Positions 1-9,668 of a stretch of 64,000 bases of DNA are shown piece by piece (positions within the stretch are counted from its first letter, which is position 1; every line of letters begins with the position of its first letter). This DNA is from an uncultured Spirochaetota bacterium (GTDB taxonomy: Bacteria > Spirochaetota > Spirochaetia > SZUA-6 > Fen-1364). The notes under the pieces are model-generated. The model had not been told where the DNA came from. It did not search any database and saw nothing but the letters and a program-made list of their open reading frames with translations. The DNA is taken from assembly GCA_963745235.1 (NCBI GenBank), contig CAVUXE010000010.1, forward strand, positions 55,549 through 119,548, read 5' to 3'. The position numbers and the translations under genes were made by a program.

Positions 1-464
1 CCGTCGCGATACGCCGCCGACGTGTATACTGTGTCGCCGAAGGACACCGAACGGCCGTCCGGCGCGATGATGGAGCCGAAGGCCGCCGACATGTCGATGC
101 GGACCGGGAGGGCGGGGTTGATGCGCAGGACGCCGCTGCCGAAAACCACGTTCACCCGGATGACGATGGTCGCGGGGCCCGGGGTCGCCGTGGAGAGGTC
201 CACGTCCCCGCTGCCGAAGATGACATTGTAATCCCTGTCCCATCCCGCCGTGTATCTCTGGTGGGACGCGGAGAAAGCGGCCACCGGGCCCCTGTCAGCG
301 AGCGGTCCCCGCACGAGGACCCTGATTCCGACATAGACGAAAAGGACGGCGATGATCAGGCGGACAATTGGCAGGTGGAAGGGGAGCATGCGCCGCAGGA
401 TGAACCACACCCCGACGGCAATGAGGAGGACTCCCCAGAAGATCCCATCGATCAGGGACGGCAT
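1..464 (-). CDS. LiaF-like membrane protein (N-terminal TM helices plus DUF2154-type beta domain), runs off window edge
   Basis: Not in ORF track (no stop in window). Manual translation from ATG 464: MPSLIDGIFWGVLLIAVGVWFILRR...YNVIFGSGDVDLS...VNVVFGSGVLRINP...MSAAFGSI. Repeated xFGS motifs; AAGGAG RBS upstream. Confidence 0.7.
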   Translation of the reverse strand, partial: MPSLIDGIFWGVLLIAVGVWFILRRMLPFHLPIVRLIIAVLFVYVGIRVLVRGPLADRGPVAAFSASHQRYTAGWDRDYNVIFGSGDVDLSTATPGPATIVIRVNVVFGSGVLRINPALPVRIDMSAAFGSIIAPDGRSVSFGDTVYTSAAYRD

Positions 465-512
465 TGACGATTCTCCTTGATGCCTCCATTGAAAGGCGCG
501 CTGTAGGGGGTG

Positions 513-1865
513 TCAAGCGCGCCGCTGGACCTCGGCGTTTATCCGGTCCCGCAGCCACTCCTGCTCGCGGGCGGAGAGCTCTCCAGCGAACCTGAACGTC
601 CGCGCTCCGATGTCCATAGAGAGAAACGAACGAGAACGGGAGTGGCGACCGGAGCGGGATGAGGACCTCCCCAGCTCAGACACGCAGGGCCCCACCTCCG
701 AAAGGGGCGCGGAATCCTGTCGACGAAAGAAGAGGAACCTCCTTGTGAAGGTGACTCCCTGGTCATCGACGGTGATGCCGGTCCTGCCAAAGAGGCGGTA
801 CACTGCCCTCGAGATGATAAGAACCCCGATTCCCCAGAAGGGAATCGAGAACAGGCTGAATCCGAAGGGAGCTCCCGTGGTCACCGCGGAGTACGTCCAG
901 AACCCGATGATCCCCAGCCAGATGATTCCGAAGCTGCCGTAGGGGGACCTGCCGCCTCCGCGCTCGGGGACCTCGATGGACACGCGGCCGTCACTCTCTC
1001 GGAGCCTGATGCGGGATGCGTAGGGGACCCCCCGGGAGGAAGCCGGGGTGTCTCCCCCGGGAAGGTCTTTTCCCCTCAGGAGCGCGGCCGCGTCGGCCAC
1101 CGGGAGCGTGCGCCGCGCCTCGTCCGGCTCCAGCCAACTCCCGAGCACCCGCCTCAGCCCAGGGGAGGAGATCTCCACCACGGAGCGGAAATCTATCTTC
1201 ATGTCGCGGGTGGGAAGGTCCGCCGGGTTTCTGTGCGTCAGCAGGAAGAGAAGTGTGGCCGCCACGGCGTACAGGTCCGAGCGGATTGTTGCCCGGCCGG
1301 TGAACTGTTCCAAGGGTGTATAGCCCGGAGTCCCGATGATGGTGGAGCTTGTGACGCCGGAAATCCGAATGGCGTCCTGCACGCCCCCGAAATCCAGCAG
1401 GAATACAGCGGCGTCAGCGCGCTGAATGACATTCCTCGGGTTGATGTCCCGATGGATGACCGGAGGCCGCACGGAATGGATGTAGTCCACCACGTTCAGG
1501 AGACGCGCGCCAATGTCGCAGATCTCCTCTTCCGTTGCCCGCCAGCCCGTGTCCACCTTTTCCTGCAGGCTCTTTCCATCGACGAACTGCCGCACGAGCA
1601 CAAAGCGCGCGCTTCCCTCCACGTCGGCGCGGAAGAAGTCCTTGTAGGCGGGGATGCAGTCGTGATGGAGCCCTTTGAGGACCGCGGCCTCCCTCTCGAA
1701 AAGCTCAACGGCTTTCCAGTCCCGCAGCAGGTCGAGGTGCAGCAGCTTCGCCACCGCGGAGGAGTCGTCCCGGGTGTCCCGGACCAGGAAGGTGATTCCC
1801 GCGCCGCCCCTGCCAAGCTCCCGCTCAATCGTGTACCGGTCCCCCAGCAGGTCGCCGCTCGTCAT
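513..1865 (-). CDS. Hanks-type Ser/Thr protein kinase with two C-terminal TM helices
   Basis: LGRGGAG, VAKLL, HRDINPRN, DFG, GTPGYTPLEQ, SDLYA. Start set to ATG 1865 because the 1901 TTG lies in a -35 box. Confidence 0.9.
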   Translation of the reverse strand: MTSGDLLGDRYTIERELGRGGAGITFLVRDTRDDSSAVAKLLHLDLLRDWKAVELFEREAAVLKGLHHDCIPAYKDFFRADVEGSARFVLVRQFVDGKSLQEKVDTGWRATEEEICDIGARLLNVVDYIHSVRPPVIHRDINPRNVIQRADAAVFLLDFGGVQDAIRISGVTSSTIIGTPGYTPLEQFTGRATIRSDLYAVAATLLFLLTHRNPADLPTRDMKIDFRSVVEISSPGLRRVLGSWLEPDEARRTLPVADAAALLRGKDLPGGDTPASSRGVPYASRIRLRESDGRVSIEVPERGGGRSPYGSFGIIWLGIIGFWTYSAVTTGAPFGFSLFSIPFWGIGVLIISRAVYRLFGRTGITVDDQGVTFTRRFLFFRRQDSAPLSEVGPCVSELGRSSSRSGRHSRSRSFLSMDIGARTFRFAGELSAREQEWLRDRINAEVQRRA

Positions 1866-1872
1866 AGGTGCG

Positions 1873-1901
1873 ATGGTAGCAAAGAAGTTCCTGGCCGTCA
1901 A
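1873..1901 (-). promoter_or_regulatory. sigma70 promoter of the kinase gene, probably leaderless
   Basis: Minus strand TTGACG-N17-TACCAT, then 7 nt to ATG; no SD. Confidence 0.7.
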
Positions 1902-1954
1902 AGAAACGACGGCAGGGGTTCGGGGGTATATAGGACCGGGGAAGGAGACAGAGA

Positions 1955-2179
1955 ATGGCGATCAAGAGGATGAGACTTGCAACCTGGCTGGTGTCACACA
2001 ACCTCATGACCCTGGATCAGGCCAATGAGGTCATGCATGAGCAGCGGCAGCAGACAGGCCACATCCGGGACAGGTTCGGCAGGATCGCGGTCAAAAAGGG
2101 CTACATATCCGAAGAAGCGCTGACACGGGCATACCTCGCGAAGGAAAGGGAAGAGGCCGCGGTCAGATCCTCTCTCTGA
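1955..2179 (+). CDS. Stand-alone MshEN-like (T2SSE_N) small protein, putative c-di-GMP receptor
   Basis: Two 24-aa motifs, RLATWLVSHNLMTLDQANEVMHEQ and RFGRIAVKKGYISEEALTRAYLAK, resemble RLGxxLLxxGLIxxxxLxxxLxxQ; AAGGAG RBS. Confidence 0.65.
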   Translation: MAIKRMRLATWLVSHNLMTLDQANEVMHEQRQQTGHIRDRFGRIAVKKGYISEEALTRAYLAKEREEAAVRSSL

Positions 2180-2816
2180 CCCAGGGGTAGGCTTCCTCGA
2201 AGCTGGCAAAACGCAGGTCGGCGAGCCGGGCGTTGTCGCGGGAGGCGAGCTCCGCGACGAACGCAACGGAAATGCCCGCCCTGCGCGCCGCCTCGATCCC
2301 CGCGGGGGAGTCTTCGAATACCAGCGCTTCCCGCGGGGAAGCTTTCAGCGCGTCGAGGGCCTTGAGGAACCCCTCCGGGTCGGGCTTCCCCTTTGCGCAG
2401 TCCTCGTCGCTGAGGATCAGGTCAACGCTGTCGGCGCGCATGCCGATGTTGTCCAGCATGGCATTGATTTCGGCCCGCGTGGACCCGCTGACAATGCCCT
2501 GCGGCACCGGGAGAGCGAGCATCCGGTCGAAGCCCCTGGCCACGCGCAGTTTTCTGTCCTTGAGAAAGTCGCTTTTCCTGCGCAGGAATGTCTCCCAGAC
2601 TTCCTTCATTGTCTTGTGAAAACCGCGGTTCTTCGCCAGCCAGTCGAATACGCCGCTCCAGGAGAACCCGTACAGGAGATCCAGCTCAGCCTGGCTGAGC
2701 TCCAGCGAGTATTCCTTCAGAAGCAGATCTGAAAACAGGGCATCGTTGATGCGCTCACTTTCGACGATGGTATCGTCGAAATCGTAGATGATGGCACTGA
2801 TCCTGTCCGGTTCCAT
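2163..2816 (-). CDS. HAD-family phosphatase (beta-PGM/CbbY-like)
   Basis: DFDDT motif I, VSGS, GKPDPE, FEDSPAG. Confidence 0.88.
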   Translation of the reverse strand: MEPDRISAIIYDFDDTIVESERINDALFSDLLLKEYSLELSQAELDLLYGFSWSGVFDWLAKNRGFHKTMKEVWETFLRRKSDFLKDRKLRVARGFDRMLALPVPQGIVSGSTRAEINAMLDNIGMRADSVDLILSDEDCAKGKPDPEGFLKALDALKASPREALVFEDSPAGIEAARRAGISVAFVAELASRDNARLADLRFASFEEAYPWVRERI

Positions 2817-2892
2817 GGCGCGGGAGTATAGAGGAAAACCGTGTAAAAGTCCGCGCAAGGTGATACAATCCGGGTGAAAAGGGTAGACCAGA

Positions 2893-3606
2893 ATGCGTCT
2901 GAAGAACTACAACGAAGATCTCGTCCTGGACACCGTGAAAATCGTCCTCAAGGACCGTTCGGACGTGCGCCCCACGCGCTCCTTTATCCTGGACGTCGCG
3001 GCATATGTGCTCAACAGGATCCCTCCCAAGTACATCACGAGCGAGCGTGGATTCACGCGCGAGGTCGTCCAGGCGGCCGGCAACGGAAACGGCGAAGGGC
3101 ACCGGCTCGTGAACGTCATCGAGCTGATCGCTTACGTCAACCGGGCCATCGAGGTCGTTGCCAGACGCCGTCGTGACCGCGCCCCTGCGCGGAGCAGGCG
3201 GGCTCCCGCGGCAGCGTCGGACAACGGCGCGGCGCGGCTCACGTACTTCTACAACATGCCCCATATCTTCGGAAGGATCGTGGATGCGCGGGATGGGACG
3301 CCGGTGATCTCCGCGGAAGCCACCCTCTGGATCAACGACAAGGTGGCGCCGCCCGCGGAAACCGGATGGCGCAATCCCTATCTGACCAACGAGCAGACCA
3401 GCGGCTATTTCAGCTTCTGGCCCCTGGTGGAAAGCGGTGACTCCGACACCATGCGGGCGCAGCTGAAGATCGGGTTCCAGCACGAAAAATACGAACCGTT
3501 CACGTTCCGCAGGAGCATCAAGGTGCCCGGAGATTTCTTCTACTATGACTATATCCGCGGCGACAAACTCCTCGATGTCGGGACGCTCGCCATGCGCCCC
3601 GCCTGA
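2893..3606 (+). CDS. ComFB-family protein with C-terminal beta-sandwich extension
   Basis: N-terminal LKNYNEDLV...DVAAYVLNRIPPKY signature of ComFB. Confidence 0.8.
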   Translation: MRLKNYNEDLVLDTVKIVLKDRSDVRPTRSFILDVAAYVLNRIPPKYITSERGFTREVVQAAGNGNGEGHRLVNVIELIAYVNRAIEVVARRRRDRAPARSRRAPAAASDNGAARLTYFYNMPHIFGRIVDARDGTPVISAEATLWINDKVAPPAETGWRNPYLTNEQTSGYFSFWPLVESGDSDTMRAQLKIGFQHEKYEPFTFRRSIKVPGDFFYYDYIRGDKLLDVGTLAMRPA

Positions 3607-3662
3607 CGACCGCGGCGGCGGAGGCGCGCCTGCGCGCAGTTCTGCGGACAGGGCACCGGAAT

Positions 3663-3691
3663 TTGCCTTCCCCGGTGCTGCATGCTATTAT
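3663..3691 (+). promoter_or_regulatory. sigma70 promoter with extended -10
   Basis: TTGCCT-N17-TATTAT preceded by TG; GGAGG RBS before ATG 3728. Confidence 0.55.
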
Positions 3692-3727
3692 CAATATAAT
3701 GGGTGAAAGTCGGATGGAGGGCACACC

Positions 3728-4009
3728 ATGGAACCCAGGAAAATCACTTCTGATGCTCTGAAGCGTGTGTTCACCGACCTGCGCACCGGCGATGAAAAGG
3801 CAATAGGCACCTGGCTTTTCAAGGGATATCGCGTCCAGGTGAGCCGATATCAATCCTCGGGGACGGAACGCTCCGCGCTCCTCTACAGGAAAAGACGGGA
3901 CCAGGGCCTGTGCGTGAGGTGCGGCGCAAAAGTCACGCGGAAGAATCCACTGACCGGCATGCTCTACAGGTTGTGTGACGCTCACAGGAAAGAGATAGAC
4001 AGAAAGTAG
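3728..4009 (+). CDS. Small basic protein with C-terminal CxxC...CxxH zinc finger (resembles Leptospira LIC10235-like family)
   Basis: GLCVRCG...YRLCDAHR; own promoter and strong RBS. Family name is from recall. Confidence 0.7.
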   Translation: MEPRKITSDALKRVFTDLRTGDEKAIGTWLFKGYRVQVSRYQSSGTERSALLYRKRRDQGLCVRCGAKVTRKNPLTGMLYRLCDAHRKEIDRK

Positions 4010-4010
4010 G

Positions 4011-4910
4011 TCACAAACCGGGATCTGACAGGACCGGCGTCTGGATGGTTGCTGCCGGCTGGGCAGCGGCCGGGTGAGGAGCTTCCTGGGTGCCGGGCAG
4101 CTGATCCGGCGGTCCGAGGGGAGGGCCGGGCTCGGTGGGCTCGGCCTGCGGATCAGGAAACTTCGTCAACAGGTACTCGTAACGCTCCCGCATCTGCCTG
4201 CTTTTCTGGAAGGTGTTGACGTTGAACCGCAGGGGGTTGGTGATGATGGTCACCAGCCGCCGAAGCTCGTCCAGGGACAGGGCTGCAACGCTCGTTCCAT
4301 AGTAATAGTAGGAAGCGGCTCCGATCCCGTAAATGCCTTTCCCCCATTCGATGCAGTTCAGGTACAGCTCCAGGATCCGGTTCTTGGGCATCAGCAGGTC
4401 CATCTCTATGGCGATGAGCGCCTCGCCGTACTTGCGGAAGTACGTCTTTCGGGGAGTGAGGAAGAGGTTGCGCGCGAGTTGCTGCGGTATGGTGCTTCCC
4501 CCGTACAGGGGATAGCCAAGGGCCCGGTCCACCAGGTAGGCGTCCCGGATCGCCCCGAGATCGATCCCGAGGTGGCTGTAAAAACGATAGTCTTCCAGCC
4601 GGATCACCATTCTCCGGGCAACGAGGGGGATTCGATGCAGGGGAACAAAGCGCACCCGCTCCGCTTTCTGGTGCACCGTCGCTCCCCGCCAGACCATCAG
4701 CGCCGTCACCCCGGGGTTGACCCGGAGCAGGGCGAGGCTGGCGATGAGCACCAGGAAGAAGAGCACCGCGTGGGAGATGAGGAGGCCTGCAACGAGGAAC
4801 CTGGCGAGCTTTCCCGCAATCCGGGAAGGCTTCACGACGTCCTTGAGCCAGGCCATCCGAAGCGCAATGGACTCGGAAAAGCGGGCGTTCATGTCGGATT
4901 GCCAAGGCAA
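4011..4910 (-). CDS. mtgA: Monofunctional peptidoglycan transglycosylase (GT51)
   Basis: EDYRFYSHLGID, GGSTIPQQLARNLFL, RKYGE, ILELYLNCIEWG; N-terminal TM. Start uncertain. Confidence 0.85.
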   Translation of the reverse strand: MPWQSDMNARFSESIALRMAWLKDVVKPSRIAGKLARFLVAGLLISHAVLFFLVLIASLALLRVNPGVTALMVWRGATVHQKAERVRFVPLHRIPLVARRMVIRLEDYRFYSHLGIDLGAIRDAYLVDRALGYPLYGGSTIPQQLARNLFLTPRKTYFRKYGEALIAIEMDLLMPKNRILELYLNCIEWGKGIYGIGAASYYYYGTSVAALSLDELRRLVTIITNPLRFNVNTFQKSRQMRERYEYLLTKFPDPQAEPTEPGPPLGPPDQLPGTQEAPHPAAAQPAATIQTPVLSDPGL

Positions 4911-5009
4911 CGTTACGGAAGCAGGGCCCGAAAGTCAAGCCGGACCGGATTTGGAAGCGGATCTTGAGGACCGGACCCGGTTGCCCGAGATATGGTATCC
5001 TCAAGCACT

Positions 5010-5987
5010 GTGGCACGAGTGTCCTCTCTTGGAGAAGCGCGGCAACGCCTCCCGCGCGAGTTCCTGGAAAGCCTCCAGGAGACTTTCCCGCAGGCGGCGT
5101 CCCAGGCAATCCTTCGCGGAATGTGCGCCCGGCGTCCCGACCACGCTCCGCGTGAACAGCCTCCACGCGACCCCCGAGGAGATCGCGGCCTTCTTCCGGG
5201 AAGAAGGCGTGAAGCACCGCAGGGTCCCCTGGTGCCCCCAGGGGTTCATTCTCAGCGAGCTGCGGGAGCGCGACGTCCAGAGGTGGGACAGCTACCGCGA
5301 CGGCCGCATCTACCTGCAGAGCCTGTCGAGCATGGTTCCCGCTCTTGCCCTGGGGCCGCGCCCGGGTGAGCATGTCCTTGACATCGCGGCTGCTCCGGGA
5401 AGCAAGACGACCCAGATGGCGGCAATGATGGAAAACAGCGGCTCCATTCTTGCCGTTGAGCTGGACCCGGTGCGCGCCCAGCGACTGGCCTACAACGTTG
5501 CGCTCCAGGGCTGCGGCAACGTCGCCGTGCGGGCGGGCCGGGGGAGAAGATCGGGGAGGAAATGCCCGGCTGCTTCGACCGGGTCCTCCTGGATGTTCCC
5601 TGCTCCGGAGAGGGGAGATTCATCGTTGGAATGCCCGCCTCTTCGCGATCCTGGTCCAGGAAGCTGATTGCGGACAGGGCCCGCCTGCAGCGCAAGCTGT
5701 TTGCCAGCGGGTTCAAGGCGCTGAAAGTCGGTGGCGTTCTCGTGTACTCCACCTGCACACTCAATCTCGACGAGAATGAGAGAATCATCCACTGGGCGCT
5801 GGAGAGCTTCCCGCTGTCGACGGAAAAGGTTCCGGTGCCTATTGCGGGTTCGTGGTCCGGGATGTCGCGGGGGCTCGACCCGGGCGTCTCGAAAGCGCTT
5901 CGGCTCTTCCCGGACGCGGAGAAGGAAGGCTTCTTCATCTGTCGGATGCGCAAGATGGGGGAGGGCGAAACGGAGGAACGGCCATGA
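5010..5987 (+). CDS. RsmB/RsmF (NOL1/NOP2) RNA m5C methyltransferase; two apparent sequencing frameshifts (about 5135 and 5545)
   Basis: TLRVNSL, YLQSLSSM, LDIAAAPGSKT, FDRVLLDVPCSGEG and VYSTCT spread over three frames. Confidence 0.88.
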
Positions 5988-6328
5988 GACCGGCAGGGTT
6001 CGTGTTGGCTTTCACGGTTCTCGCGCTCCTTCTTGTCCAGCAGAAGGCTCATGCCGAGGGATGGCAGCCGTGGCGGACGGTCAAAGACACCCACATCGCG
6101 TGGCACTACCGGTGGAACCCGGATTGGGGAGACTATGACATCGAGATCCGCAATGACAACGACTCCAGCGTCAGCCTCAAGTTTGTCGTGAGCAGCCCCA
6201 AGGGAAAGTCCACCGGGTTCTGGTCTTTGAAGCCGGGCGCCTCCGCGTCATTCCTGGAGAAGTTCCCCGACGGAGGGCCGGCAACTGTCCTGCGCCTGCA
6301 GATCCTCGAATCAGACAGCGGGGACTAG
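5984..6328 (+). CDS. Small secreted beta-rich hypothetical protein
   Basis: ATG overlaps upstream stop; GGAGG RBS; signal peptide ending AHA-E. Confidence 0.6.
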   Translation: MRPAGFVLAFTVLALLLVQQKAHAEGWQPWRTVKDTHIAWHYRWNPDWGDYDIEIRNDNDSSVSLKFVVSSPKGKSTGFWSLKPGASASFLEKFPDGGPATVLRLQILESDSGD

Positions 6329-7489
6329 GGCAGCGGACCGAAATACTGGTAGAAATAGCAGCGGATGTTGCCGTTGTACAGCTTTCGGTTCTTCGACGCG
6401 CGGGCCCCGAAGAACCGGGGGAAATCCGTGCTCGCGGTGAGAACGAAGAAAGACCAGGTGTCCAGCCGGCGGGAGAGATCTCCCATTTCTCGTGAGAGGT
6501 GCTCGACTTCCCTGCGCTCTCCCAGCCGCTCGCCGTAGGGCGGGTTGCAGACGACACAGCCGAACTCACCGGAAGGGCGAAACGCGCTGAGGGGTGCGGT
6601 ACGGAGGCGCACGCAGTCTGACACTCCCGCCTTCCCCGCATTTCTCCCCGCGGCCGCCACCATCCCCGCGTCCCTGTCCGAGGCCTCCACGCTCATGACG
6701 GTGTCACGGCGCTCCGCGGCCCGGGCCTCCTCTCGCGCGTCCCCCCATACGCGTGAGGGCAAGGTGGGCCATTTCTCCGCCGCAAAGGCGCGCCTGATCC
6801 CGGGCGCTGCGCCGCGCCCGATCATGGCAGCCTCGATGGCGATGGTCCCTGAGCCGCACAGCGGGTCGGCGAACGGCCGCGAGGGGTCCCAGCGGGAGAG
6901 AAGGACAAGGGCGGCCGCGAGGTTTTCCCGAAGCGGCGCTGGGCCAGATTCGGCCCGGTAGCCGCGCTTGTGCAGACCAGGGCCGCTCGTGTCCAGGCAC
7001 ACGGATGCCCGGTCCTGCGTGAGAGAGACTTCCACGCTGAAAAGGGGCCCCGATCTCCTCGACTCGCTCCTCCGCGGCATGATGGCCGCGCCTTCCCAGG
7101 AGCGCATCCACAATCGCTTTCTTGGACACTGACTGGATGGACGGCACGGATTCCAGCCGGGACTTCGATGAGCGCGCCGTGACCACGACCGCCGCATTGC
7201 GGGGAAGAAGATCCTTCCAGGGAGCCTGGCGCACCCCCTCGTAGAGGCCGTCGAAATCCTGGGCAGGGAAATCCGCGAGCTTCAGCCACACGCGGTCAGC
7301 GGTCCGCAGCCTGATGTTGCACCGCGCGATGTCCATGGCAGTGCCTTCGAACATCACCCGCCTGTCCACGGTGCTGGTGACGGACATCCCGAGAGCCAGG
7401 AGCTCGTCACGGACCACGGCTTCCAGGCCGAAGGTGGCCGCGGCCTCCAGAGCGAAGCGGGCCTCTCCCCCGCGTGTTTTCATGATCAC
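6325..7489 (-). CDS. rlmL: THUMP-domain 23S rRNA m2G methyltransferase (RlmL/YpsC-like); frameshift near 7080
   Basis: FGLEAVV, LRTADRV, DTSGPGLHKRGYR, APLRENLAA, DPLCGSGT, NPPYGER, KLYNG. Confidence 0.88.
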
Positions 7490-7522
7490 CTCTTCCTGCT
7501 AATAATACACGGGAGGGTAGTC

Positions 7523-8319
7523 ATGAAAAGCGTCGCGGCGACAGTCGCCCTTTCCTTCGCTCTCGTTTTCGGCTCCGCTACGGCTGCCGCCGGGCAACAG
7601 CAAGAGATCCTCGTCTCGGCAGCGGCCAGCCTGACGGACGTGTTGAGCGGCCTTGCGCCGCAGGCGGAGAAGTACATAGGCGCAAAGGTGCTCTTCAATT
7701 TCGGGGGCTCCGGGCGCGCTTCGAAAGCAGATCGAGGAAGGCGCGCCAGTGGATGTGTTCTTTTCCGCCTCCGTTGAGGACATGGCAACCCTCCAGGCAA
7801 AGGGCCTCGTCGTGGCAGGCACGAGAGAAGACCTTCTCTCCAACCAGGTCGTCCTGATCGGCGGCCCGACGGCAGAGCCGCTGCACGGCGCAACTGCTGC
7901 CGCCGCCAGGGACGACCTTCAGGCGCTCCTCGAAAAGACGGATCTGCTGGCCATTCGGGAACCCGGACACCGTGCCGGCCGGCCGCTACGCGGTCCAGGC
8001 GTTGAAGAGGTACGGTGTCTACGCGACAGTCGCCTCCCGGCTGGCGCTCGCTGGAAATGTCCGCGAGGTTCTCCAGTACGTGCAGAATGGCTCAGCGCCC
8101 CTGGGGATAGTCTTTGCAACGGATGCGCTCGCCGCGCCGGCGGGCTCCGTGAAACAGCTTTTCGTCTTTCCGCAAGGTTCCCTGGAGACTCCGATCCTGT
8201 ACCCCGTGGCCGTGGTCAGCGCGTCGAAGAACAAAGAGAAGGCGGCACGAATGATCGAGTTTCTCAAAGGAGATCCGGCCAGGAACGCATTTCGCGCGGC
8301 GGGGTTCATCCTGAAATGA
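7523..8319 (+). CDS. modA: Molybdate ABC transporter substrate-binding protein; two frameshifts
   Basis: Signal peptide, VSAAASLTD, FNFGGSG, DVFFSA, VPAGRYA, NVREVL, GIVFATDA, ILYPVA. Confidence 0.9.
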
Positions 8320-9021
8320 GCCTCTTCTCCCCGATCCTGCTTTCGGTGCGCGTCGCTTTTCTTGCCACTGCCTTCACCCTCGTCGTTGGCCTTGGCCTGG
8401 CGAGGCTCTTCGCCTCGCGCGCCGTTCCCCTTCGCCGGATCTGGGAGGCCCTCATTCTCCTCCCCATGGTGTTCCCGCCGACGATCACCGGCTGATCTCC
8501 TCCTTGTGGCCCTGGGCAAGCGAAGCCCGCTGGGCGCTCTGCTCTCCCAGCTCGGCCTTTCGGTCGTCTTCACGTGGACGGCTGCGGTCATTGCGTCTTT
8601 CGTCGTTTCTCTTCCCCTGATGTTCCAGAACTGCAAGGCCGCCCTTGCCGGCGTGGATTCCCAGCTGGAGGACGCGGCCCGCACCCTTGGTCTCCGAGAG
8701 GTCCGGGTGTTCTTCCGCGTCACCCTCCCCCTGGCCACGCCGGGCATCCTGAGCGGCACGGCCCTCTCCTTTGCCCGCGCCCTGGGTGAGTTCGGCGCAA
8801 CGCTCATGGTGGCCGGCAACATTCCCGGCAGGACCCAGACCATCCCCCTGGCCCTGTTTGCCGCGGTTGAAAGCGGGCGAAGCTTCGAAGCGAACGTCCT
8901 GCTGGCCGTAACGGTGGCGCTGTCCTTCGGCCTCGTGGCTGTGGTGAGCATCTACGAGCGCCGCGGCAGCGGCAAGCGCCGCATGCCGAGCGCGGAAAAC
9001 CGGGGCCAGCCACGACCCTGA
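8316..9021 (+). CDS. modB: Molybdate ABC transporter permease; +1 insertion near 8493
   Basis: LPMVFPPTITG, LEDAARTLG, FARALGEFGATLMVAGNIPGRTQT. Confidence 0.92.
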
Positions 9022-9641
9022 TCAACTTCGAGAAGGAGCTGCCGCTCTTCACGCTCAAGGCGGCATTCATGCTGGAAAAGACCATGACTGCCATCCTCTG
9101 GGGGGAATCCGGGGCGGGAAAGACGACGGTGCTCAACTGCATCGCCGGGCTCTCCGACCCTGACCGAGGGGAGATCCTGGTGGAAGACAAGACAGTCTTC
9201 TCCTCGACGCGACGGATCAGCCTGTCCCCGCAGGAGCGGCACGTGGGGTTCGTGTTTCAAAGCTACGCGCTTTTCCCCCACCTCACGGCGGAGGAGAACG
9301 TTGCCCTCGGCATGCCGCGCTCAGAGAGGCGCCACGCCGTCGAGTACCTGGAGAGGTTTGCCATTGCCCGGAGGCGAAGGTCAAAGCCGCCGTTTCTTTC
9401 CGGCGGCGAGCGCCAGAGACTTGCGTTGGCGCGGGCGCTGGCGACCAGGCCCCGGCTGCTCCTCCTGGATGAGCCATTCAGCGCGCTGGACCGGCGCACC
9501 CGGGAAGAGACCCACAGGGAGTTCCTGGCGCTCCGTGATGAGCTCTCCATGAGCGTGATACTCGTGACGCATGACCGCAAGGAAGCCGAGCTCCTGGGCC
9601 ACAGGATCTATGAGCTTCGTGACGGCGAGGTCCTGGAATAG
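9018..9641 (+). CDS. modC: Molybdate ABC transporter ATPase
   Basis: GESGAGKT, LSGGERQR, LLLDEPFSALD. Homology extends to xINFEKELPLFTL overlapping the modB stop; start uncertain. Confidence 0.85.
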   Translation: MINFEKELPLFTLKAAFMLEKTMTAILWGESGAGKTTVLNCIAGLSDPDRGEILVEDKTVFSSTRRISLSPQERHVGFVFQSYALFPHLTAEENVALGMPRSERRHAVEYLERFAIARRRRSKPPFLSGGERQRLALARALATRPRLLLLDEPFSALDRRTREETHREFLALRDELSMSVILVTHDRKEAELLGHRIYELRDGEVLE

Positions 9642-9668
9642 TGAAAGGGGCCGCGGAGGGAAGCCGGG

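Noticed and set aside
8493-8495. In-frame TGA in modB next to a selenium cluster (possible selenocysteine)
   Set aside because: Homology resumes in a different frame; deleting one G restores the expected ITGYLLL. It is an indel, not Sec.
8983-9069. ModB-ModC fusion
   Set aside because: Possible if one indel is assumed, but an overlapping xTGA stop/start at 9018-9021 explains it equally well; unresolved without reads.
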